A DNA stretch of 64,000 nucleotides from assembly GCA_038496445.1 (NCBI GenBank), contig JALMLS010000255.1, positions 248,001 through 312,000 on the forward strand, given 5' to 3'. Shown here piece by piece: positions 36,806-48,733 of the stretch (the stretch's first letter is position 1; every line of letters starts with the position of its first letter). A program made the translations under genes and the position numbers. The stretch comes from Trichosphaerium sp. ATCC 40318 (Eukaryota > Protista > Tubulinea). The notes below the pieces were generated by a model. That model worked only from the letters and a program-made list of their open reading frames with translations. It made no database searches and had not been told where the DNA came from.

Positions 36806-37940
36806 TTAGATTGTAATGTGCTGCAGCGCATCATTAGTGTATTTACAATGTTCTTTGATGCTGCCATCATCTGTCCATTTTTTATAAACGCCGTGTTTTT
36901 TGCCTTCTTTCATAAAGTAATGGGATTCCAGTTTTTTGTTCTTGTACCATGACTTGTATTCTCCATCCAAATCGCCTATACGCATTACTTACGACAATGC
37001 AATGTCGTGTGTACAGTAAAATCCACAAAAAAAAACCCAATTGTGAATCACGTGTAAATGATTTAAAAAAAAATAATTCTCGTACCATCTTTGCAAAAAC
37101 ATTGAATGTGAGGTGTGCCCTCGCTGTGCCACCTTTATATGTGTTATTATTAATTGAGTAATGTAATTCAACTTGTAAACGTCATTTAATAGCCTTTACG
37201 CACGATTTATACTCGCCATGCAGCTTATCTTGCTTATAATTAGCTTCAACGTGTATTTTCCCGTTAGGTAAGAAGAACTTGTACAAGCCATCTTTCTTGC
37301 CGTGTTTGAAATTAATTAAAGTTCGGAGTTTCCCATCACTAAACCATGCCTTATATTCTCCATGGTATTTACCATCCTGCAAGTAACAATGAGTTGGTGG
37401 GCGATCACGTGGTATTCGAGTGTGGTTTTTTTTTTTCTCATTTGAAATAAATGTAGATAATAATAATGACTCTCAACAGAGAAACGAACGGACATCCTAA
37501 CACTAACACGTACCTTATACCAACATATGGATCGTGGAACCTTATTAGAGACGTACCAGGCTTTGCTTATACCATTTTGTAGGCCTTTATCCCAGTGTGT
37601 TTGTTTGACTAAGGTATTATTATTCCAGCATTTCCAAGTGTTGCTTTTCTTGAAATCAGCGCTGAAGCGTGATGTTAGCGCAGCGCCAGCGCACAACAAC
37701 GGCCATAGAATGAATACGTCTTTATCCATTGTGGTTATCATGTATTGTAACTCTAACGGCAAGTCCAGTATTTGTTTGGCACTAACAAGTCAATTAATAC
37801 CAGACCATTTTGTTTCAAAAATTCGGTACAAAAATAGCATAAATCGTTACAACACTGTACCTCACGGAGTATCTGTCATCAGACTTTCGAGTACGTTTAA
37901 CTGGCATTTGATTGGCTTTGTCAGATAATTTTGCCATCAT
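36806..37940 (-). CDS. MORN-variant (YwqK-like) repeat protein with possible N-terminal F-box
   Basis: ILDLPLELQYMI, then repeats GKYHGEYKAWFSDGKL, GKKDGLYKFFLPNGKI, GKKHGVYKKWTDDGSI. Confidence 0.78.
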
Positions 37941-38323
37941 TGTTTACCAACACTCCTCTCGTTCGCGATGTAAAATAGTGCGTTTTAATTACAATAGTCT
38001 GGGGATAATTAATTGACAGTTGCTTCTAAGTTGGGTGAGTACATAACAATGATAATATCAATCAATAAGCACATTTTCCACAGATGACCCTCATGCTACG
38101 AAACGTTGCCTTCTGTGGTTGTATGGCGTTATTATTTCGCGTGTACGCTACGAAGTAAAAAAAAAAAGTCAACGGGTGTATCCAAAGTTGACCCGTTACT
38201 AAATGGTGACGATACAGTCCATCTAATCACGAACTCAAGTTACACAATAGCACAGTTGGTTTTATTTGGGCTAGCGCTTGGCTTTTAAATAATTCTTTTT
38301 TTTTTTTTTGGTTTCGAGTTTGT

Positions 38324-41300
38324 TCACGTGTCTCCAGGCGTCACCTTGCGTCGTTTCTTTTTAAGACTTGCAAATGGGCCACCTTTTTGACGATTGTTAG
38401 TCCACACAATATTGGTTTTTATAACAAACAATATGCGTACTTAGTTTTTGGTCAGCGTGCTTTCTAGCAACGCATGTTTTGGCTCGCGCAAAGCTTCCTC
38501 GTCGGTAAAAAAAGTCACAAGAGTGCGTGTCATAGACAAGTTTGTAATTGTCCTGAGGTCTAATGAATGCCTTCAATCCATTTCGCACAAACTCCTTTTT
38601 TCGGGAGGTCTTGTTATTCTTCTGCTGGTACAAGACCCGTTTATTTCTAAACCCAAGTCAAAACGTGTGCAATGGTTTACACTGTAAAAACCGAATTTAC
38701 AATGGCTTACCTGTTGAGAAATACACGCCTTGTGCTCGTACTCAGGGTGTCATCAAGTACGTACTGCTTTACGTATGATGTCCACTTGAGTTGATCAACG
38801 TTCAAATCTGCTTGTCCAGGTTGCAATGAAATTTCCATAACACGTCTTTTCTAATTGCCAGAGTTTTAACAAATGGAAAGCGCAAGTGATTTACCAAAAA
38901 AAAGAAAAACTTTCTATGCGCGTACTGGGTTGCATTCTAGCCTAATTATAGGAGCCTTTACCCCAATCACATCTCGACATTCTTCGAAATACGCCAGTTC
39001 GGTCTTTGTGTTAGAAGCAGTGTAAGCCTCCAATAGAGTCTTTACATCGGGGTCCAACATGAGCCTCTTGGCCTATAAGTGCGGGTTGTCAGAGTGAGAT
39101 GCTCTTGAAACAAATTATACAGCTGCACGTACGTGTTCTAGAAAGCGTTGTAATGTGCGTTGGAAGCCATATAGTACAAACGCTTCCGGTCCAAAATAGC
39201 GCAAACATCTGTCCTCAAACAATGCAGATTCCAGTTCTCCCTAGGGTACTGTTAGGCTCATTAAAGGCGCCATGCGACGTACATCAATAAGCTGGTTTAT
39301 CCAATCCAAAAACATGCCGTATTTGTCTGTTGAAGATATGCACATGCCTTCTTCCTTCTAAACGTACTGTCAAAACGCACCCAACTGGGTAGACAAAATA
39401 TTAATGTAGGTACCTCATAATCAGATTTCTCTTCCTTATTGCCGTTGGATTGATCTTCAGCAGCCTCTTTAACAAGCTGATCTTCACTTGAAATAACAGA
39501 AATCGTAGTCTCGGAAGGCTTTGGTCTATTTGGAGGTTAGTATGCTAATGATTGCAAGCGTATTTTGGGTACCTGTCTATATTGGTGTAAACCCAAGTCT
39601 GGGAATTGTATTTTGACCAGGTATACGCTTTCTCAAGCACTTCTTGACAAGTCTACAACGTCGACTGTAAGTCATTTGTACTAGGAATGTAGTGGAGTGG
39701 TACCTGGTAAATACGATACAAAGTGTACATTTGTACGCTCAAAAATATTACATGGTTTCCTTCTTTAACCTGGGCGGTGTATGCTTGGCGTTCGAGATGT
39801 GGTAGAGTCCGAACAAATGGTTTTGGCATATTTTTCCGCCGCCTCTTTGTGTTGCTTTGTTGTGTCTGGTGTACGTTGTCCTGTGAACCTGCATCATCCA
39901 TACTTGCGTCTGCACTCGCAGCACTGGTGCCATTTGGTATCGCTATGCTGTGTGGAGGCGTCATGAGACAACCGACAAACCCTTTACAAAATGCCAAGAC
40001 CTACAACCGCAATAACCGCCTTAGTTCAGTTTTAAGGTACAAAAAATAAGGCGTACCTCATCAGTTTCGTTGATGGGAAATATCTTTGAAGTAAATGAAG
40101 TGAGAATAGCGAATAAATCAGTTGTGAAGTTGTTATCCCCTAACTTAAATTTGAGGTGGTGATCAGGGTTAGTCGCCGATTCTGCAGTCATATGGTACGC
40201 CTTCATCACTTCTGCAAGTACTCCTATTGCCAAAACGGTTAAACAACAATTGAGTAGATATTAAGGCTGTATGTACCTTTGGGTCGCCGTAATTGTTTTT
40301 GTGTTTCGCGATAGAGAAGACTCGCTTTGTCTTTAGACAGATGATGAAATCGCCTATATTTCTCGCTCCACGTTTTGGCCCATGCACGCTTACACGTTTT
40401 CCATTCAGTAAGTCTATTCGTCATGTCTACAAGTGGTATGAGTGCCCTCATGGTGAAGAGCTAAGTGTACCTTGAAGTAGTTTAGGAACAGCGTCTATAG
40501 GATTGTTCTTTAACGTGTTTATTGTCAGGTGTGCTTTGTCCTTGTAAACACGCCTTATCAACCCGACGTGTATTTCTATGTTGGAACAGTGTTACAAGTT
40601 GGCAAATGGACATTTTACAAATTATCCGTGTAAAGACGGTATAGCGTACCATGAAGGCAACTCACGTCCATTTCTGTGTTATGTGGATTGGCTTTAATTG
40701 CCAGTTCGAGCTCTTGAAGAATAGTAATCAAGGACTGCGATTGGTTTATCAAAATGTCCATCTCATATCTACAACCCTCAGTCAGTTTTCAGAATAAATA
40801 AAATGGGTTTGTGTACTGATCTTCCTCTACGCGGAATAATACATCCTCGTATGGGTTGACTAGATTGTCCTTGAATGATCCTTCAGCACCAGATGGGACA
40901 ATCATATACCGTGAGTTTAGAATACCTTCTTCAATCGCTGTTTGTTGAGACGAACGTTGATTGCGCCGAGCCTACACGGTAAATGAGGAACGGCCAAAAG
41001 TACTTGTTGTATTGCTAGCGTACGTATTCAGGCAGTATGACGTAGCTGGGGCCTAAGCGTTTTAAACTGTCCAAGTCTAACTTTGATACATCAATGTCAC
41101 CTAACAACGTAATTCACTCAGCACATTGCTTTCAAACAACCAACAAAAACTGGAGTGAGTGCGTACGGGTGCGCTTTTGTCTTTTAGAATTTTCTCGGCG
41201 CATTTTGTTGGCTAGATCTATAAACTCTTGTGACTTGGTACCCCTATTACGCGTAAATTGTGTTGCACATTGCAAAAAAAAAAAGGGTTGGGCGAAGAAG

Positions 41301-42500
41301 GCTCAGGCATTAAATATAAAACGTACTTCACCAATTTGGACATGTTATGAATCATCTCAGGGTTGTCAGCGAATAGACTGGCAAGTTTACGTTTGAGGTC
41401 CGCAAAGGTAATAGAGTTCATTACATATTTCATCATGTGGTCCAGAAATTTTTTGTACACGTCCTCTGCGTAGTGTGCCTTTGGTTTACGTTACAATTTT
41501 TTTTGGTTGCAGTATTATTGAAAAACAAATTCTGGTGGTACCCGCAGTTGTTTAATAAATTCTCCTGTAATCTTCTGAAACTCTGGGGAACCGAATGGCA
41601 TGTCTCTATCCTACAAAAAAAGTTATAACCTTAAATAAACTCCAAACAAACAAAAAAAATTTAACGAGTTTGTTGCGTGCCTTCTTGGCTCGTTTCCTTG
41701 GCCTGCCTTCCTGCTTTGGTCTTCCATTTATATTTACATTACTCATTTTTCGCTTCTCAAGGGTTCTACGCTGTTGCTCTTGTTGCTGTCGCTTTTGAAA
41801 ATGCAGAGTATGCACCTTTTTACCGCATAAGTTATAATTCAACATGTCAAAGCGCATTGCCGGGTACTGGCGAGGAAATGACGCACTGGTATTTGGCTCT
41901 CGTTCGGCAAAAATTGATTAAATCCCTCTAACAAATCAAAATGATCCCAAAACAATTTGATGACATTGTTTACCAAGGCAATGATTGTCAATCTAGCACA
42001 AAGAAATATTTTAATAAAAGCCATTTTTCAGTTTAGACATTTAATATTCAAAATGTCGGCCTGTACCTCGATTCCTTGTATTGTTTTATCCAGTTTATGA
42101 ATAAATAATATACACCTTTCCGTTCAGGGGTACTGAAGCGTTGTCTAGCTGCAGCGAGATAAAGTCGTCGGCGCTTTTCGCTTGGCACTGTTTGGCACGC
42201 GTAAAATGCGACTTGTTCGGCTTTTCTAAATGTTGTAAGTGTTTTGTAAATGAACTACTGTCAAAATCTTCCTCCAAACAGATAATTGGTCTCCAAAATG
42301 ACTCAGAAAAGTAGTAAAATGCTCAAATTACACGATTGGGCGACTTACGTTGGTAGCTGTTCAAGTTTCTCAACAGCGTGGAAAGGAACGGTCGGTGGGC
42401 GAAGTAGCGGGAAGACTGACGGTATTGGAGCTTTTTGCAATGTGAAGGGTACGCTTTCACCTGTTTTGACCAAATCTTGCGTGTTAGAGTTAGAACTCAT
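38324..42500 (-). CDS. SIN3: Sin3-like corepressor (PAH + HDAC-interacting domain)
   Basis: PAH VIKLFWDHFDLLEGFNQFLP and YKKFL..LASLFADNPE. HID LGPSYVILP, NPYEDVLFRVEEDQYEMDILI, VPKLLQ, WAKTW. Confidence 0.82.
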
Positions 42501-42616
42501 GGCGCACCCTCGTGTATTGTTCTCTGCAACAAACAAGACAAAATTACACGCATTTAGACTTAACGATTTTAAGTTTGGCTGATAAAACAAACACAAATGT
42601 GCGACAACTACTTTAT

Positions 42617-43408
42617 TTACTGTTTAATGTCGAGAAGAATGCCCAAGATTTTGCCGAGTCTATGATAGTGGTTAGGCATTGCTGTGATAGTGTAGCACGT
42701 ACGAGACACCAGATAACTCGTATTTCTTTTCATGCCAGAATTTTATGAGATGCTTAAAGTCGGTGGTAAGGTCTTTGTTGTGGCGGAATATGTTGACACC
42801 TTCTTCGACAATGACCTATCACAACTTTAAATCCAGTGAATCATAACTGTAACTGCTTACCTTTACAATTGCAAGTGGACCAGAGGAGAGTTCTTTACCA
42901 ATCCTTGCAATGTCTTCAACGAGTACGGTGATACCACATGCCTGTCAGTCAAAATGTTAATAAAAACTCATCTAAATGTGTACGAACGGTTAGAATTGGT
43001 TTGGTAGCTGTAATGGCGACACCAAGATCTAGCGTGGCGTAAGTGAGATGTTTGCTACTAAAGAAAAGTCGTGGTACCTTTCAAACCGTCTGCAATAAGT
43101 CTGATGCTCCTATCTTCAAACCCTCTCTTCAATTCGTGTATTGCGTGGTCGTAAAGGTGCAATACGCTTGTTTCGTCTTTGGTGCATTCTATAGCTTATC
43201 GTGAGCGGGTACGTGACATTATTGTCAGTTTGTGTACCAGTTATGTTACCGAAGTCGGTTTCTAATCCAACAGAAACGCCTTCAAGGAACCTTAGGCTAA
43301 CGTTAGAGCTTTACCTTGCATAACGGCCATTTACCTGCCCAAATCACCTGGGTTGAAGGCACTAGTAGCTACAAGCAGAGCAACGAAAACAAAGATAACC
43401 TTGAACAT
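42617..43408 (-). CDS. Small secreted alpha-helical protein
   Basis: Signal peptide MFKVIFVFVALLVATSA, then FLEGVSVGLETDFGNITECTKD...YELSGVSLGKILGILL. Seven exons splice in frame. Confidence 0.7.
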
Positions 43409-43668
43409 GTAGCAATTATCAGTTAAAAGAGACTGATTTGGTTCGAGCTCGCTTAAAACACTACAATAAGCCAACACGGCACAGCACGTGTTGTTCATTT
43501 AGTGTACGCTCTTGGTTTAGAAAGAACAACTTCCACAGTAACAAGCTAACAATTCAGTGTATGTAAATTGTGAGTCAGTTACAATAATGACTACTAATGC
43601 CAGTGACGGCCGGGCGATTTGGGGATTGCATAGTTGTTTAGGTCTGCATTTTTATGTTTACAAGATTG

Positions 43669-45904
43669 TTACTTTTTGGCATAAGTCTTTGCCCGCAGTT
43701 TGTACGTTATCACGGGACGTAATATAGCAACAATGGTAACTAAACCATGAGAAACGAGATCATTGACTACAGCTTGAATGTCCTATTACTAACGTTAGCT
43801 AACATTGTATCAACTCTTTGGTACCTTGTAGGCGTCTGGCATCTCCTCGTAGAGCAAGTCCGAATCTTCGCAGATAACTTTACTGCCAAGGGTCGTGGTT
43901 TTAAGGTTGTGTGCATTCATGTTTTTTCCGCGTTCACGGCATTTCGCTACAAAACCATCAGACAATCGAAAAGGTAATGAGATTGAGGTAGGTACGTACA
44001 CCTAGTCCATCGTCTGCCAGCGCCATGAGCAAGCGAGAACCCTCCTTTTTGGAGGGCACCTTGAAGTCCATTAGTGTGCGGCTAATCTTTGAGCATTGAC
44101 GACGTACTTGTATCTGAAACAGGTTGCACTAGATAGCTGAATGCACCACGACTGCCTGGTATTACTACGACTGATTTAATACCATGCGCAGGTGTATTAT
44201 TACTTTGTTATTCGCGCACCTACTAGACCCTTATCGCTTGGTGCTGCTCCTTTTCTATGAAGCCACAGTTCATCTACTTTCCCGTCTTGCGTTGCAAATT
44301 GCTTTGGTATCACACAATTGTGCCACACCTACAGAATCCAAGTTAGCTAGAATATCACCTAACTTCGAGAGCAAGTACGTCAAGGATACGTCTTGATCCG
44401 TCAGATATTTGATCATCTACAGGCATCTTCCGAATATCATGATCGCCGATATTCTCGGCTACTTGTTGTGCTTGCTCTTCTTCTACATTCAACATACAAT
44501 TTAAGAATCGGCGAGCAATCAGAGCCCTACATATTAACGTTACTACCTTTTTGTTTGCTGGTGCTATATGAGCAACCATCATTCATACCTATTGCATCTA
44601 GCCCAGCACATAGCATGGTTGTGTTTCTTCAAGTACGCTTTAGCTTCGTCAGTGCTGTCTACAATTCTACAGATCTCAAGTTACTAGCCGTCGCCAGCAC
44701 AAATATGAATGTCTTTAGTAGTACCCTTTGTATCCATGTTCAATCGAGTAGTCTTTTAGAATCTTAGCACCAAACCCTCTAGATCCAGAGTGTACACACA
44801 AATATAGGCTGTCATCATCTAATAGAGAATTGTGTTATTTATAACATCTAATGCAACAAAAAATAGTAACTGAGACTTACTTAATTTGTATGCTTCAAAC
44901 AGTTCAGTATCTACCACTTCCTCTATCTTAATGCGTTAGTGATGTTCTAGCTATGACAAAGGGAGGGAGGTACTTGTTGAAGTTCAGCAAAGTGGTTTCC
45001 GCCTCCAATAGAGCCAAGTGACTTGGCATCAAAATCAGTGGGTTCTACACCTCTCGCAGCCAAGAATTGTTTTGTGTCTCCATTCCACGGATCATCTAGT
45101 CCTCTCAACGTCTTAGCCCACTTGTCTAACTTTATATTCTTGGTTGTAAGCGATGTGTGATACAAACTCATGCCACAGCCTAACAGAAGATTAAATGCGT
45201 TTAATTGTGGAATGTGGTTGTGCTTACCAATGTCATTGCCCACAAGCGCTGGATAGAACACTCCACTGCTCGCGCAGGCAGCACCTATTGCACAACCTTT
45301 TCCGGGGTGCAAGTCTTGAATTTCAATTAACGCACGTGTTGGATAGGACAGTTTGTGTACCTGGCATGCCCACTACGTATTTCATACCGTGCATCTTGCC
45401 TGTCGCAGTTAACTGCTTCATAGCGTCGTTGGTTACCCTAATGGGTTTGTTACTAAGGCGCGGACGTCGTATGCGTACTGGCTCTCTTTTGCAATAACAC
45501 TAACGGCACAACCTTTGTTTACAGCTTGACCACCTTCCAAACCAACTATTTGCTGCGTATTCTTTACCTTGGGCGTATGTGCGAAGTCCTCACCTAATAA
45601 CAAACGAATAAACTATTGCTACACTTTAAAACGCGCCATACCTTTGGAAACATATATGACCATATCGTTTTTTACCTTATCTGGGTCTTTAAAGTCTGTT
45701 TCGAGCAATTCATCTCCGTACTCATTAAAAAACCTGCGAAATCACTTATTTACGCGTGGGCTATTGATTTTACCTCTTCGGTTTGATTCGTAGCTTGTTA
45801 GTGGCTAGTTTAAAGAAAGTCGCATAATCGCCGACCTTGAACAATATTGGCGATCCCCTGGAATCACCAGCGTTTTTTTGTACTGTTACGCGTATTTTTG
45901 ACAT
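43669..45904 (-). CDS. RtcB2-type (release factor H-coupled subfamily) RNA ligase with N-terminal DCX/ubiquitin-like domain
   Basis: VVGMPDLHPGKG, LVGNDIGCGM, SIGGGNHFAELQ, VHSGSRG, VWHN, LHRKGA, PGSRG, SLAHGAGR, EEMPDAYKDI. Confidence 0.92.
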
Positions 45905-45995
45905 GTACAGGTTGCGTAAATATGAGTTTGGATTAAGTATGGATAACTGAACGAATCACGGGAATTTACCAACTTTCAAACAATCTGTGTGCTAA

Positions 45996-47467
45996 CTATT
46001 TTAATAAGTCACTATACAAAGCTCCATCTTGCTCGAGTACTTCACAAGCAATTCTTATTTCTTTCAAGATAAAGTGTTTCAATGAATAAAATGTCACTTG
46101 ACGTGTCACATTTTGGTAAGGAGTTCGTGGCCTAATACGGGTTAGTTTGAGCATTTCTTGAAGCACATACCTTTCAACGCAAAACACTGTGGAATCTGTA
46201 AACTTTTCAGCCTCCTTTAGTGTTATACCACAGTGGCGTATGGATATTCTGTGTGTCTTGTATTCAAAATCAAGTACCCACTGTAGAAAACCTTTCAGTA
46301 AATCTCCAATCGGTGTGGTGTTAGTAGTTTTAAAGTCAGATGTAAGGTCGTCAATATTAGGCACAACGCCTAGTGTTTGCAAGTAGGCAACAACCATTAC
46401 AGTCCATCCAAATGAGTTGATTTTACCAGAGTAGGCGTCATTAATGCCTCGTTTCTTTGACCAGTGGCGCACTGCCCACAACAATGGTGCCACACGGTCG
46501 TCCATCCTAGGCAGTATTTAGGCAATGTAGACGTCCAAAGAGTTGATTAAAGTACTGTATAAAGTTACGGAAAGTGGTGCTAATCTGCAGTTTGTCCAGC
46601 TTCCATATCGATAGATCAAGCTGTAGTTTCGAAAACGAGTCATCTATTGTAAGTAATGGAATACGTGCCAGCAACACCCGCTTGACACTACAATCAAAAT
46701 AAGTTTATGGTAAAAAGAAGCAAGTAGGCAAAACCTGAGTATTGGAGACTCAACGCTGTCAATAGCATCAGCGATGCATGTGAGGAGTTGTTGTTCTGGT
46801 ACTTTACTAATGATGCTCACATCAATGTCGCTGGTTTCATCATCTAGCCCACTTTGTTGTGTTAGGTAACGGTTTGTTTTGTGTTTGAACTGAGGTCATA
46901 CTGTGGAATTGAGCCGTATACTTCCAGTTTTGCTTCAGGGAAAAGGCGTCCTACAACCTACAACCACGTGTCACAAATTGGAAAGACTCTGACCACTTTT
47001 TTTGTACCTTCTTCACAAATTTGCAGAGGCATTTGCGCCGTCTAACAACTAAAATTGTAAAACAGGTTAAATATAAAAATAGGCAAAATAAATGTCACAT
47101 ACTTAGTTTACGTGGTCTGCTATTAGCGTAGTGAGCGAGAATAGATTCTGTAAGTGTTTTGCAAGGTTCAGGTGCTCGTTTAGGCAGTGGCTTATTTAGA
47201 CTGAACATAGCGTTGTGAAACTCTTCAGATAGCGTAGAAAACTGTTCTTTGTACATCTCTCGCATTTGTTCCGTTCTCTTTTCTAGCTGTTCGCTTGAGA
47301 GGCGCTCAGCCTCTCTGTCTTGTCTACCAACCTCCGCATAATGATGGGTGATGGATTTGAGATGCTTTTGGTACTAATAGCGGTTTAACGGACAGAAGCC
47401 GAGTCCAGGTTTGTACATTTTGTTCTTTATCGAACTTCTTATCACATACTCCACAATGGAGCTCCAT
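45996..47467 (-). CDS. Cid1-like terminal nucleotidyltransferase (TUTase / non-canonical PAP) with N-terminal C2H2 zinc finger
   Basis: MELHCGVCDKKFDKEQNYQKHLKSITHH. YGS...SDIDV, ARIPLL, VRHWSKKRGINDAYSGKINSFGW, PAP-associated LLKGFL..FEY..ISIR. Confidence 0.9.
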
Positions 47468-47541
47468 TGTAACGTTTTGTGTTTTGTATTTTCAAGCGAT
47501 TTCTTGATTTATTGAATCATTCACCTTCATTTTACAAAATA

Positions 47542-48692
47542 ATGTTTAGTGTTGAGGGAAAAGTTGTAGTTATAACTGGAGGTACAGGTGTATTGGGTTC
47601 TGCGATGGCTAAGGGTGTCGCTGCTAAAGGAGCCAAAGTTGGTACACTACAAACATTAAACATGTTTCTGTAACTGTCGTAGTTGTCATTGGCAGAACCG
47701 AAGCGAAAGGTAAAGGGGTTGTAACTGAAATTGAGGCCGCTAAAGGACAAGCAATATTTGTCAAAGCTGACGTGGTACAAGAAGACCAGTTAGAAGCTGC
47801 CAAGAAGGTATACTTTGAGTTTGTGTTCGTGTTCCCAACATTTGATTTTTAACCAAACGCCTTAGGCCATTCTCGCCAAGTGGAAAACAATCGACGTACT
47901 CGTTAATTGCGCTGGAGGAAATCAAGCAGGCGCAACCATAACGCCAGATAAGACCTTCTTCGACCTTGAGATACCGGCGTTTAATAGCGTTGTTAATTTG
48001 AACCTATTAGGTACCAACAGTTTCTTGGTCACGTGACACCACACATGTTAATTTTTTGAAAAGGGACCGTTTTACCAACAAAAGTTTTTGGCAAACAAAT
48101 GGCTGAACAAAAGACTGGCTGCATAATCAACATCTCGTCAATGGCGTCACAACAAGCCATAACCAGGGTAGTTGGCTATTCGGCCGCAAAGGCTGCCGTG
48201 GACAACTTTACACGCTGGATGGCTACTGAAATGGTGACCATAAACCGAACTTTCACTTAGGCTTTGCACTAACCGCATATAAGGCACTCAAGTATGGTGA
48301 AGGTATTCGCGTGAATGCGATAGCTCCTGGTTTCTTCATAGGTACGGCATTAACATAAAACAATATTCTAATGTTCCTACAATAGCTGAACAAAATAGAA
48401 GCCTATTGACGAACACTGACGGAAGGTACTTAATTGGGACAACGCTCGCTCTTGCATACAATCTTACACATTGTAGTCTAACAGACCGAGGTAACACTAT
48501 TGTTACAAATACACCAATGAAGAGGTTTGGAAAAGCTGAAGAACTGGTTGGTACGCTCATCTATCTGAGTAGCAACGCAGCAAGTTTTGTAACAGGTACT
48601 CAAAACTATTTTGCCATCCCATCCGTAACTCAGTATTTCAAGGTATTGTCATACCTGTCGATGGCGGATTTAGCGCCTTTAGTGGTGTATAA
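47542..48692 (+). CDS. SDR oxidoreductase, D-mannonate oxidoreductase (UxuB-SDR)-like
   Basis: TGGTGVLG, NCAGGNQAGAT, NISSM, TRVVGYSAAK, IAPGFFIAEQNR, TPMKRFG, PVDGGFSAFSGV*. Seven introns. Confidence 0.9.
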
Positions 48693-48733
48693 TAAACCCT
48701 TGTGTGGTATTTTGAATTATGCTTAATCTTGCT

